IMG/VR virus record: IMGVR_UViG_3300021087_000674
Length of the DNA stretch: 20,000 nucleotides
Reading direction: 5' to 3' (one strand)
Source: an uncultured virus (IMG/VR IMGVR_UViG_3300021087_000674)
Taxonomy: Duplodnaviria; Heunggongvirae; Uroviricota; Caudoviricetes
Notes under the pieces: model-generated
Databases searched by the model: none
Told to the model about the DNA's origin: nothing
What the model saw: the letters and a program-made list of their open reading frames with translations, nothing else
Position numbers and translations under genes: made by a program
Shown: one piece after another, positions 1-9,600 of the stretch
Position numbering within the stretch: position 1 is the stretch's first letter
How the letters are laid out: each line of letters starts with the position of its first letter

Positions 1-222
1 TTGAAGTTGCCCTGTTGTAGGGTCACCGCCATTTTGATGTTTATAACATTTTCTAACATCTTCGTAAATGTTATTAATATGAAGTGCTTGGACTAAATTA
101 CCTGTTGATACAGAAGAACTAGTTAAACTTTGTCCGTAACCAGAATCGCCTGTTCCTGTTGATAAAACAGAAAACACGCTTTGTCTTAAATTATTGTATC
201 TTTCAGCTGTTACTAGTGCCAT
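1..222 (-). CDS. Partial (3'-truncated) hypothetical structural protein, not in the ORF track
   Basis: ATG at 222-220, preceded by AAAGGAATACAA. Open for 74 codons to the window edge: MALVTAERYNNLRQSVFSVLSTGTGDSGYGQSLTSSSVSTGNLVQALHINNIYEDVRKCYKHQNGGDPTTGQLQ. Same strand as the operon, 19 nt after the previous stop. Confidence 0.8.
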   Translation of the reverse strand, partial: MALVTAERYNNLRQSVFSVLSTGTGDSGYGQSLTSSSVSTGNLVQALHINNIYEDVRKCYKHQNGGDPTTGQLQ

Positions 223-238
223 TTGTATTCCTTTGAAT

Positions 239-244
239 TATTTA
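239..244 (-). promoter_or_regulatory. Putative late promoter core (TAAATA) overlapping a stop codon
   Basis: Minus strand reads GTG-TAAATA-ATTCAAAGGAATACAA-ATG. Same layout as the site at 6668-6674 (motif on the stop codon, then SD, then ATG). Confidence 0.45.
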
Positions 245-1720
245 CACTTTTAAAACGCACTGGACTAGTTTTTCTGATGTCTCTTGATTGGTTTCTAAAG
301 CAATTCCTACCATATTACCAGCCGCCCAATTCCATTTACCAATTCCTACCCCATTTTCGAAAGAATAAACTTTATTTCCTTTTTGGACTGCGCCTAAAAC
401 TCTAACAGGTACTTTACCAACAAAAGCAACAGGTTGTCCTGTGCCTTCACTATTCATTAAGTATGCAGGATTTTCGGAAATAACCCCTATTGGGCTCGAC
501 CCTTCAGTCGTTCCGTCTGCTGTTACTTCTTTTTCTCCACCTACTCTTACAATTGTACCTATTTCATACTCTTGATCAGTTTCATATACCTCAGCCAAGT
601 CAGCATAACTGGCATTAGTTGCTGTACCTACAAAATATCTTGCAGTAATATCTGCATTGGCATCTCTAAGAGCTGTTGTATTTGCTACTTGAGTTATTGC
701 ACCCGGATATGTTGAAGGACCAAAGTAAACTCCTGTTGCCGAATCGGCATTTCCTTTGAAACTTGTTGCGTGAACTTCATACCATTTGTCAGCGGCATCC
801 CCTAGGTTTCTATTTCCAGTTCCTGGATTAATACCTGTAGTCGTTACTTCTGCAATTGTAGTAACTTGTCCACTAACATTTACTTTTAAATCTATTTTTG
901 ATCCTACTTCATTTGAAATTGTAGCTTCATTACCATTTAAAATTGATACTCTAAGATCATTACTATCACCGACTGTAAAACCTGCATCTACAAAAGATGC
1001 AATTCCACTAAAAGTTGTTGTTCCTGCACCTGTAGTTAGATAATCGCTGGCAAGTTTTCCACCTAATCTTAAAGAGTTAGATGCACTACCCCAGAAATAA
1101 TGATCTGTTGATGTAGTACCGTTTGTAGCGTCTTTTGTGTCTACAAGAGTAATTCCTTTTCTAATTTTATCAAAACCTGTAATTAAATTATTTGGATCTG
1201 AAGTACCTAGTGTAAATTCTGTTTGACTTATAGCAATTATTGTTTTGTCATTAACAACACCTTCTATAATTAAATGATTTGCGTTTAATGTATCTTTAAC
1301 AGTTCTACTTTTGAACTGAGTAACAACTGATCCTACACCTTGTGGACCTACTAAAACAAATCCTGCTCCGTTCCAAGCATATAATTGATCATTTCCAGTA
1401 TCCCACCAAAAATCTCCAGTAGTTAAACCTGTAGGAGCTGAGGCATCTACTTCTGCTCCACCTGTTGTTCTAAATTTTGTACCATCATAAAACTTTAATT
1501 TGCTATTTGCACTATCAAACCATAGTTGTCCACTAACAGCTTTTGAAGGTGAAGTTGCTCCTGAGAAGTTTTCCAACATATGTAAAAAATTCTCATTTTG
1601 AATTTCACCGTATCCAGCGTAGTTTTTACCTATAAATCTGATGTCTGTAGTCTGATCTATAGTACCATCTGCTACAGTTGTAAGTAAAGTTCCGTCGTAT
1701 TTGTTAACTAAATATGCCAT
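242..1720 (-). CDS. Tail fibre/spike protein with C-terminal Peptidase_G2-like intramolecular chaperone, 492 aa
   Basis: Shared N-terminal module. The C-terminal ~120 aa (YADLAEVYE...GTIVRVGG...IGVISENPAYLMN...PVAFVGKVPVRVLGAVQKG...VGIALE) resemble the autocleaving chaperone of phi29/GA-1 appendage-type proteins. AAAGGA Shine-Dalgarno upstream. Confidence 0.8.
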   Translation of the reverse strand: MAYLVNKYDGTLLTTVADGTIDQTTDIRFIGKNYAGYGEIQNENFLHMLENFSGATSPSKAVSGQLWFDSANSKLKFYDGTKFRTTGGAEVDASAPTGLTTGDFWWDTGNDQLYAWNGAGFVLVGPQGVGSVVTQFKSRTVKDTLNANHLIIEGVVNDKTIIAISQTEFTLGTSDPNNLITGFDKIRKGITLVDTKDATNGTTSTDHYFWGSASNSLRLGGKLASDYLTTGAGTTTFSGIASFVDAGFTVGDSNDLRVSILNGNEATISNEVGSKIDLKVNVSGQVTTIAEVTTTGINPGTGNRNLGDAADKWYEVHATSFKGNADSATGVYFGPSTYPGAITQVANTTALRDANADITARYFVGTATNASYADLAEVYETDQEYEIGTIVRVGGEKEVTADGTTEGSSPIGVISENPAYLMNSEGTGQPVAFVGKVPVRVLGAVQKGNKVYSFENGVGIGKWNWAAGNMVGIALETNQETSEKLVQCVLKV

Positions 1721-1726
1721 TTTAAA

Positions 1727-1733
1727 TATTTAT
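1727..1733 (-). promoter_or_regulatory. Putative late promoter core (ATAAATA)
   Basis: Minus strand reads TAA-AAAAGG-ATAAATA-TTTAAA-ATG in the 19-nt intergenic gap. Confidence 0.45.
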
Positions 1734-1739
1734 CCTTTT

Positions 1740-4019
1740 TTACGTAGAGTGTGTAAGTGTTCTATCGTATTCCCATGCTCCTGTACCATTACCACTAGAA
1801 TCATTAACTATAAACTGTAATAAACTCCTTGTTGGTGTAAATCCTATGTTTCCTGAAGCAGTTGTAAATGTAATATCCTCTACAACTTGTTTATTTGCAT
1901 TACCCACAACAGGTGTTCTTTGAATTGTACCACTGTTAGCGTTATAATTACCACCTGCAAAGTTTAGTCCTGTACCACTACCATCTAAATCTATAGTTAG
2001 TGAAACGAAATTAGGATATTCAGCAGTAAATTCTGCCGCCTGTACTGTATAATTACCATCAATATTTGCAACAGGACCCGCTCCAAACGTTGTTCCTGAA
2101 ACTACAACTGCCTGACCTGCCTCATAATAGTGAGAGACAGTCATAGTAAGTTTAGTAGTTTGTCCTAAACTAACATCATCAATACCTGTTTGAACAGCAT
2201 TAATAGTTCTTTGTGCGGCTGTAACTGTTTGATCAACTGGTGAATAGTCTATTAATTTTACACCATCTACATTAATACCCGATACTGCTCCACCTGATCC
2301 ATAATCAACTGTACGAACTCTTGCTAATACTCCATGAGATTTAGATCCTATTGGAACTGCGTTAGCCGCCGTGACATTTGTGTTTAATGGTGGTTCACCG
2401 TTTGGTTGAGCATAAGTGGACCAAGCATTAGGTGTACTCAATGCAGAATATCCTTTTGCAGGATATAAATCTTCTAATACTTTACATATCCAATCCCATA
2501 AAGTAGTTCCTGACCCTTGTCCTGAAATATCTAATTCTATTCCAACAGATACACTTCCGTCTACATATGCTTTAGTTACTGCATCGGATGGATCTGATGG
2601 TGTGCCAAGTCCTGTAATTCTTTGGCTATCCATAATTGTAATAGGTTGTGGACTTTTAAGTTGAATTTTATTTGATGCATTACTACTATCTGCTTCAATA
2701 GTTAAACCATCTATTATTATTTCATCAACTTGAAGTGCAGTTAACGTTCCTAAATTTGTTAAAGATGAATTTGCTACTTGAGATCCTAATGTATTTTCTG
2801 ATAATACAATATTTGTATTAACTTTAAATGTTTTTCCTACTGCTAAATCTATATTTTCTGTTGACGTCCAACTATCTGTGCCATCTGACCAAATAAATTG
2901 TTTATCACCTCCAGTGGATTTAAGAATTATACCTCCTTCATCCGCCGCAGTATCATCTCCAAAAACTCCTGCATCATCTATTGCTAATTCAATATTTTTA
3001 TCTTTAACTTGTAAATTAGTAACAGAAATATTAGTTTGTGTTCCGCTTACTGTAAGATTTCCTGAAATGTTTACGTCACCACCTACGTCTAGTGTTTTAG
3101 TTGGTGTTGCTTGAAATATTCCTACATAGCTATTAGTAGCATCAACTTTAATTGCCGATGTTGCTGTAGGATTACGTACTTTTAAATTAAAATCTTGATT
3201 AGTTAATACGTTTTCTATAGTAAATGCGTTTGAATCAAATTTTAATTGAGTATTATTGTTTAAACCAACAATAACTCCTGCATTATTTTGAACAGTTATT
3301 GAACCTGTAGTTGTATCGTTAGCATCTGCATACAAATATTGATCACCAGTTCTTGGTGTACCTGCCGCATTAGTTAAATTTTGTGCTTTAGAAACTACGC
3401 CTCTATATATAAAAGAATCTTGTACAGCATTAAAGCCTTTGTATATTGCACCACTAGGATTAGTAGTTGCATTAATTAGTTCTGTTATTTGTTGAGTTGG
3501 TACTGGAGTAAAGTCTACATTAGCCCAAGCACCTACAAGTGAACCTTGAATAGAAAACTTAATAACAGTTCTTGTTTGATTTTGTGTATCTAAAATTGAT
3601 ACTACTTCCCAACCTGATGTACCTTGTGCAAGTGAATAATCTGGACCAACTAATTTAAGAACTGTTCCATCAAAGAAATACATTTGTTGCTTAGAACTAT
3701 CAATCCATAGATCACCTGCAACCATATTAGGTTGTGTAGTTGCAACAGTTGTTCCGCCACCGGATACAAAAGCTGTTCCATTATAAATTTTTAATTTATT
3801 TTCTGAAGAGTCATACCAAAGTTGACCTTTAATAGGATTTGCAGGAGCAGTTGTATTAGCAAAATTTTCTAATACTTTGATAAAATTTTCATTTAATACT
3901 TCACCAAAGCCAGTATAATTTCTACCAATTAAAGTTAAGTCGCTAGATGTAGTATCGATTTGACCATCGATTAAATCTACTAATAAACTTCCATCTGTTC
4001 TATTAAGTTTATACCCCAT
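1740..4019 (-). CDS. Tail fibre/spike-like protein, 759 aa
   Basis: Shares the N-terminal module (GRNYTGFGEVLNENFIKVLENFA...GQLWYD...GDLWID) with its neighbours. Also has beta-rich fibre motifs (LDVGGDVNISGNLTVSG, VKDKNIELA) and an ITGLGTPSDPSDAVTKAYVD trimeric stalk-like motif. AGGAG Shine-Dalgarno lies inside the end of the upstream gene. Confidence 0.75.
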   Translation of the reverse strand: MGYKLNRTDGSLLVDLIDGQIDTTSSDLTLIGRNYTGFGEVLNENFIKVLENFANTTAPANPIKGQLWYDSSENKLKIYNGTAFVSGGGTTVATTQPNMVAGDLWIDSSKQQMYFFDGTVLKLVGPDYSLAQGTSGWEVVSILDTQNQTRTVIKFSIQGSLVGAWANVDFTPVPTQQITELINATTNPSGAIYKGFNAVQDSFIYRGVVSKAQNLTNAAGTPRTGDQYLYADANDTTTGSITVQNNAGVIVGLNNNTQLKFDSNAFTIENVLTNQDFNLKVRNPTATSAIKVDATNSYVGIFQATPTKTLDVGGDVNISGNLTVSGTQTNISVTNLQVKDKNIELAIDDAGVFGDDTAADEGGIILKSTGGDKQFIWSDGTDSWTSTENIDLAVGKTFKVNTNIVLSENTLGSQVANSSLTNLGTLTALQVDEIIIDGLTIEADSSNASNKIQLKSPQPITIMDSQRITGLGTPSDPSDAVTKAYVDGSVSVGIELDISGQGSGTTLWDWICKVLEDLYPAKGYSALSTPNAWSTYAQPNGEPPLNTNVTAANAVPIGSKSHGVLARVRTVDYGSGGAVSGINVDGVKLIDYSPVDQTVTAAQRTINAVQTGIDDVSLGQTTKLTMTVSHYYEAGQAVVVSGTTFGAGPVANIDGNYTVQAAEFTAEYPNFVSLTIDLDGSGTGLNFAGGNYNANSGTIQRTPVVGNANKQVVEDITFTTASGNIGFTPTRSLLQFIVNDSSGNGTGAWEYDRTLTHST

Positions 4020-4020
4020 C

Positions 4021-6030
4021 TTACGCGGCTCCTGTATAAATTATGTAATTAATTACTAGATATGGATTCATAACACTAAATCCTTGTCCTACAGTTCCAT
4101 CTACTCCACCTGAATTAGGCATTGCTTGAGCTGTATTAGAACCTGTTGGTCCATCATATACAATTACTGCTGGATCTGAAGGCGTTGCTGTTATATTTCT
4201 TATTCCATAAAATTGATCATTATTAGTTGATTTCATATTGTGTTGGTGATCTGGTAAGTTTGTAGAAACAAGTGTTTTCATCTCTGTACCACTATATCCT
4301 GCTAAATTATCTGCTGTTGTATCTGTTACACGTCCAGCTTCTACTCCTCCCATATTATCTGCACCTAATGGGAATCTTCCTCTTAAATCTGGAACTTTAA
4401 ACAAACTAGCATTACTAGGTGTTCCAAATTGAGTTCCTATTACGGCATACAAAGCGGCATAAGTTGATCTCGACACTTCACTACCATCACACAATAACCA
4501 ACTAGATGGAGCATTAGCTCCTCCATAAGACATCATAGATCCAATTGGTGGTGTTGCTACAGAAGATAAAAATTGATCTGCTGTAATTTTAAAAACACCT
4601 GTTGTGCCTGTAGTTCTATTAAGTATAATTTCATCTGTTGCCTGTGGTGTTGTTGTTAAAGTTTTATCTGCAATAAAGCTATTACTTACAGAAGTATTAA
4701 AAGTTTTTGTAGTTCCACCTGTTTGACCATCAAAAGTAATTGATGTTGCTGAAACATCTCCAGTCATTGCAAAAGTAGTTGCTGTAGATAATTTATTAGC
4801 CGAACCTGCAGTTCCGCTAACTGTACCACTAACGTTACCTGTAAAATTTCCTACAAAATTGTTAGCATATACATTTAAATATTGATTATTAGTTGCTCCT
4901 AAACTATCTGTATTATTAGCAGTTGGCACAATAGAACCTGCTGTAACTCCTCCTACAACATTAAGATTAGTACCTACGTAAAGACTTTTGGCAACACCTG
5001 CTCCACCTTTAACAATTAAAGAACCTGTTCCTATTGACGTTGCATCTGTAGTACCATCTGCAAGTACATTAGCACTTGATTTAATATTACCTATTACATC
5101 TAAAGCCTCTGTAGGAGCTAAATTATTAATTCCTACTTTAGAAGAAGAGTCTAATCTCATTATTGCAGTTGTTGTGCCTTGATTATTAACTCTAAAATCT
5201 ATATGTGAACCAGATGTTTTATGTTCTACTATTCCTGCTTGTCCTTCTACTCCTACGGAAAACGTTCCGCTAGAGCCTACTTCAATTCCTGAATCATTTT
5301 TAACTTTAAGTTGAAAATTTGCAATGTTAGTTGTGTCTGCTCTTAAAAAATTACTTGCGGCAACTGATGTTGTGCCTACTATAAGATTTTCTGCCTTCTC
5401 GGCTGTTCCATAAAATTTTCCTACACCTGCACCTGTTATATCTGCTGTACTTAAATTAAATCCTGGGTTAATTGTTGTATAACCTGTAATAGTTGATTTA
5501 GGTGTAAATGAATCTGTTGCTATGATGGCAATTGGTTTAGCATTAACTTCCAGTTGTACAACTGTATGTGAAGCATCATCAGTACCTGTAATTGTTACAG
5601 GTTTTGCTCCTGTTGATAATCCTGAACTATATTCTGGACCTATTAAAATCCAACCTGTTCCTGTAAAAAGATATAATTGTTGATTGTCGGTATCTACCCA
5701 AAGGTCACCTGTAATACTTTCACTAGCCGCTGGCTGATTTAATGCTTTTTTTAAACCGCCACTTGCTACCCAGTTAGTTCCATCATATACTTTTAATTGA
5801 TTAGTTCCTACTGTAGTATCAAACCATAATTGACCTTCTAATGGTCTTACTGGAGCAGAGCTTTTTGCAAAATTTTCTAATAAATGCAAAAAGTTTTCAG
5901 CTATTACTGTTCCATAAGAAGTTGTAGATTTTCCTGGTAACGAAATACTCGTTTCTTGATTGACCGTATTATCTTCTACAGTAATACTGCCTTTGCTTAC
6001 GCTATCAGAAAAATTAACCGTATATGACAT
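4021..6030 (-). CDS. Tail fibre protein with C-terminal phage tail collar domain (short-tail-fibre-like), 669 aa
   Basis: C-terminal PIGSMMSYGGANAPSSWLLCDGSEVSRSTYAALYAVIG...FKVPDLRGRFPLG fits the Collar (PF07484) consensus. It is followed by LPDHQH and a terminal NPYLVINYII. GAGGGG Shine-Dalgarno upstream. N-terminus is paralogous to the next two genes. Confidence 0.88.
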   Translation of the reverse strand: MSYTVNFSDSVSKGSITVEDNTVNQETSISLPGKSTTSYGTVIAENFLHLLENFAKSSAPVRPLEGQLWFDTTVGTNQLKVYDGTNWVASGGLKKALNQPAASESITGDLWVDTDNQQLYLFTGTGWILIGPEYSSGLSTGAKPVTITGTDDASHTVVQLEVNAKPIAIIATDSFTPKSTITGYTTINPGFNLSTADITGAGVGKFYGTAEKAENLIVGTTSVAASNFLRADTTNIANFQLKVKNDSGIEVGSSGTFSVGVEGQAGIVEHKTSGSHIDFRVNNQGTTTAIMRLDSSSKVGINNLAPTEALDVIGNIKSSANVLADGTTDATSIGTGSLIVKGGAGVAKSLYVGTNLNVVGGVTAGSIVPTANNTDSLGATNNQYLNVYANNFVGNFTGNVSGTVSGTAGSANKLSTATTFAMTGDVSATSITFDGQTGGTTKTFNTSVSNSFIADKTLTTTPQATDEIILNRTTGTTGVFKITADQFLSSVATPPIGSMMSYGGANAPSSWLLCDGSEVSRSTYAALYAVIGTQFGTPSNASLFKVPDLRGRFPLGADNMGGVEAGRVTDTTADNLAGYSGTEMKTLVSTNLPDHQHNMKSTNNDQFYGIRNITATPSDPAVIVYDGPTGSNTAQAMPNSGGVDGTVGQGFSVMNPYLVINYIIYTGAA

Positions 6031-6033
6031 TTA

Positions 6034-6645
6034 TTACCCCTCGTTAAATCCTGTCAAACTTTGTACTCTAACAGTATAATCTATTTGAATTAATCTGTTT
6101 AAACTTTTTTGGACAGGATGGAATACTACATGAGTAAGTAGATTTCCAGTACCACTAGGGGAGTAACTTACTAAACCTAATTCGTCAAATACGTATAATC
6201 CGTCTACATTACTAGAATTATCTACTGCATCTTGTCCGCTTGGCTCACCATAATCTAACAAACAAGTAACTAACACATCTGTATAATTTGTTCCATTAAC
6301 GTGTCTTGTTTCAAGTTTATTTCTTAATGGATCTAAATTTGATACTGATCTATCATCAACTATTTTAGTAAATGTTTGATTATATAGACTAGCATTAGTT
6401 CCTGTTGAATTAGGCGTTAGATATGTAATAATACCAGTTGGATCGATGGACGTTCCACCGTTACCAAATACCATAGAATTTATGAATCCTTGACCAGCAT
6501 TAGCAAGACTATCTGCTAGTGCTTGACTCATATTTTCATAGTGTATGGCGTTTCTTTTATTAATGAACACATGGCCCGAATCGGGATCATGTATCTTAAT
6601 ATGCCCTTGAAGTAAGACGCCGCTGTTTTCTTTAATATTGTTCAT
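6034..6645 (-). CDS. Hypothetical phage structural protein, 203 aa (putative baseplate/fibre-attachment protein)
   Basis: Clean ORF with GGAG Shine-Dalgarno (6651-6654), sitting between the giant protein and the fibre genes. Motifs GHIKIHD, MVFGNGG and FDELGL...LLTHVVFHPVQKS...IDYTVRV. Function inferred from context only. Confidence 0.65.
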   Translation of the reverse strand: MNNIKENSGVLLQGHIKIHDPDSGHVFINKRNAIHYENMSQALADSLANAGQGFINSMVFGNGGTSIDPTGIITYLTPNSTGTNASLYNQTFTKIVDDRSVSNLDPLRNKLETRHVNGTNYTDVLVTCLLDYGEPSGQDAVDNSSNVDGLYVFDELGLVSYSPSGTGNLLTHVVFHPVQKSLNRLIQIDYTVRVQSLTGFNEG

Positions 6646-6667
6646 TTACGCTCCAGTTCGTTATGTG

Positions 6668-6674
6668 TATTTAT
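6668..6674 (-). promoter_or_regulatory. Putative T4-type late promoter core (ATAAATA) overlapping the stop codon of the giant gene
   Basis: Minus strand reads CA-ATAAATA-CACATAACGAACTGGAGCGTAA-ATG. It matches 7 of 8 positions of the T4 gp55 consensus TATAAATA and lies 22 nt before the ATG. Confidence 0.55.
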
Positions 6675-9600
6675 TGCGGCAAAGCCAGTTCCTTTTGTCG
6701 CAAGAATCTAGCAATATCATTGTCTGATTGACTTAATGGTTTAATGCCAGATTGCCATTTTTTACCTAGTTTTCTTATAGTTATTATTTTTGTGCCAGCT
6801 ATAGGTGTTGTTGTAAGTATTACAACTGGGCTTATTCCGTCTACAGTAAATTCTGCAGGAGAAGTAACGTCAGCTTCGGGACTATCTTGTCCTTGTGTTG
6901 AGTCATATACAGAAATATCATTCTTTCTCATCCTCTTACCACCTACAAATAGTTCAAATTCGTTAGCAGATTTAGGAGTAAATCCAATAGTAATTGCATT
7001 AGTACTGCCATCTGCTGTATATTGTTCAGTTAAAAATTCATCTTTATAAGGTACAGTTTGAAACTGTCCTTGATCTAGGACTTCTGCACCTACAATATGC
7101 ATATCTTTTACTCCAGTTCCATATGTTCCTCGTCTAAGTTGTGAAAGTATATTGCCTGTTTTAACAAAATATTCTAGTCTTTCTCCCTCAATAAACAATA
7201 CTCCAGGGTTATTGTCTGCTATACTAGGTTCAGTTATACCAACTGCATTTTCTAGTTCTAATTCTTGATCTGTCCATTTAAGAGATGTTGCTAATTGATA
7301 TTTGTTAGTATTACCTAAACGTTTGTAATGAGTTTTATTCATCATATCTTTAAATTGTCTGTAACCAAATTTAGATACAAATTTAGGTGCTGTAAAGTGT
7401 ACAATATCTATAACATCATTTGTAGCCAATGATCTGTTTATTTTCAAATACATTTGATCATTTGTAACTTTGTAATCTACACTAGGAGCTAATAGTTCTC
7501 CATTAAGAGTTACCCAAACATATTGAGCATCTTCGGCTAATTGTCTTAATTTAATAAGTCCATTAGTTAATTGTTTGTACATATAATAATCATCTGTACC
7601 TACAGTTACAGTTAATCTTGCAACAACGTCATAATTAATTCTTTCTATTTTTGCTATGTCATGATTACTAAATTGATAAACTGAAATTGTATCATTAGCT
7701 AATGGAACATTACTAAATGTAATTACACCAGTTGTTTCATTTAATGTATATTGACCATTACTCATTGCAAAAACTTTTAGAATGTCGCCTGCGACACCCA
7801 CTCCAGTTATAAGTGTTATACTAGTAGTTCCTGAATTCCAAGTATATTGTTGTCCTTGTACTAATTCTACTCCATTTAAAAATGCTCTTACATCTGCAGG
7901 AAGTATAGATCCTGGAATTTCTTGCCAAGTTTCAAATTCATATTCTCTATTATTATCTATTGTAAATGTTTTAGTAAATCCAGCATTTAAAATATTATTA
8001 CCTACTCTAACAACTGTATTAAATGATAAAGGTTTCTGGTTAAATGGTGTTTGACTTAATTGGAAATAATTAGTACTTCCATCACCTGTAAAATTATCTT
8101 CAGTAACTTCACTAAATGTTTGACTAGCACTTGCATATACAACTATATTAACAACTGAATCTGCCGGAGGAGCAGATGCAAATCTTACAACAACTTTATC
8201 TAGTACAGCATAAGAGCTGTCTGATTTTAAAATAGTGTAAGAAACTGATTGACCATTTACTCTAACAAACGTGTTTATGCTATTATCAATCCATGTTGCT
8301 CTTGTTACATAATCTAAAGTGCTACCATCTCCTGTAAATGTATCAAAGTCAAGAACTTTTTCTCCATTATTACTCATAGTTACAAAATTAACTTTAGAAT
8401 TTAATGCAGGAGCATTATTAAATTTTAATAATTTATTAGGATAATCTACAACGTAAGTATTAGATTCTTGTAAAATATTATTCACCGAAACAAATACGGC
8501 ATCCGAACTTTGTGGATATTCGTTAAATGGATAATCTGTAGTTGCACCATCTCCTGTATGATTGTAACTATTAATTCTACTTCCTGATTCTCCACCTTTG
8601 TCGTATACTTGAATGTCTAAAGTATCAAGTACTTGTCCTGGTACAAATTCTTCTGGACCTTTTGAAGTTGTATGAGATACAAAATCATCTCCTTCTACTA
8701 TAATATCTTCTGCTTTTAATCCTGTTGCAGATGAATAAGCTAAATCACCACCTGCCAATAAAGTATCATAAGCTTCTGGATCTGGTAAGAAACTACCATC
8801 ACTAGTAGATTTTCTAACTACAATTACATCACCAGCTACTGTTGGTACAGTATCAAATGTAATAGTCATTGTTGACCCATCACCTGTAACACTTTGCATC
8901 ATTGCATTTTTATTTGTTACAGTATTTCCTGTTCCATAGTTAGGATCATCTATTCTTATTGCATTTTTATAAATGTTATAAACTGTTCCATCTTCTAGTG
9001 CTTTACTTAATGTAAGAGAATTAGTACTTCCATCCATTTTTAAAATTTCATCTTCAAAAGTTGCATCATAGGTATCCCACGAACCTGCCATATATGAATC
9101 TGTATCCCAACCAGATGCAGTATCAAATCCTAAACTTCTTACTTCAACTCCACCATAATCTATTCCATCTAATATCTGAGCTAATTCTTTACCCGGCATT
9201 CCTGATGTAGGTGTATAGAAAAGATTAATTCTATCTTGTGCTTGTAATTTAGATGCGTCTATCATGTACTCTATTTTAATAGCATGAAGATTAGCAGGCG
9301 GTAAAGTAAATTTAATGTGTCCTATATATCTGTTATAATCTTTAGTTGTATCTAATTTATTAGTATAAGTGTATTCGCTTGATAAATTTTCAATATTATT
9401 AACAGTTACTTTGATTGTATTTCTTCTTAAATCTAACGGCCATTTTAAATAATAATCTAACACAGAATTATTTCCTGCAAACGTTTCTGTTCTTGCTAAT
9501 GATGTTATTAAATATGTTCCAGATGTTCTGTCAAATTTAACAGTAAGATGAGTTGCTTTAACTAAAGACTTACCTAATACAGCACTAACTTTAGCAACTG

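Noticed and set aside
242..6030. Diversity-generating retroelement or invertase-type fibre switching
   Set aside because: No reverse transcriptase or recombinase in the window, and no near-identical nucleotide repeats seen by eye. Paralog similarity is old and at the protein level. A template outside the window cannot be excluded.
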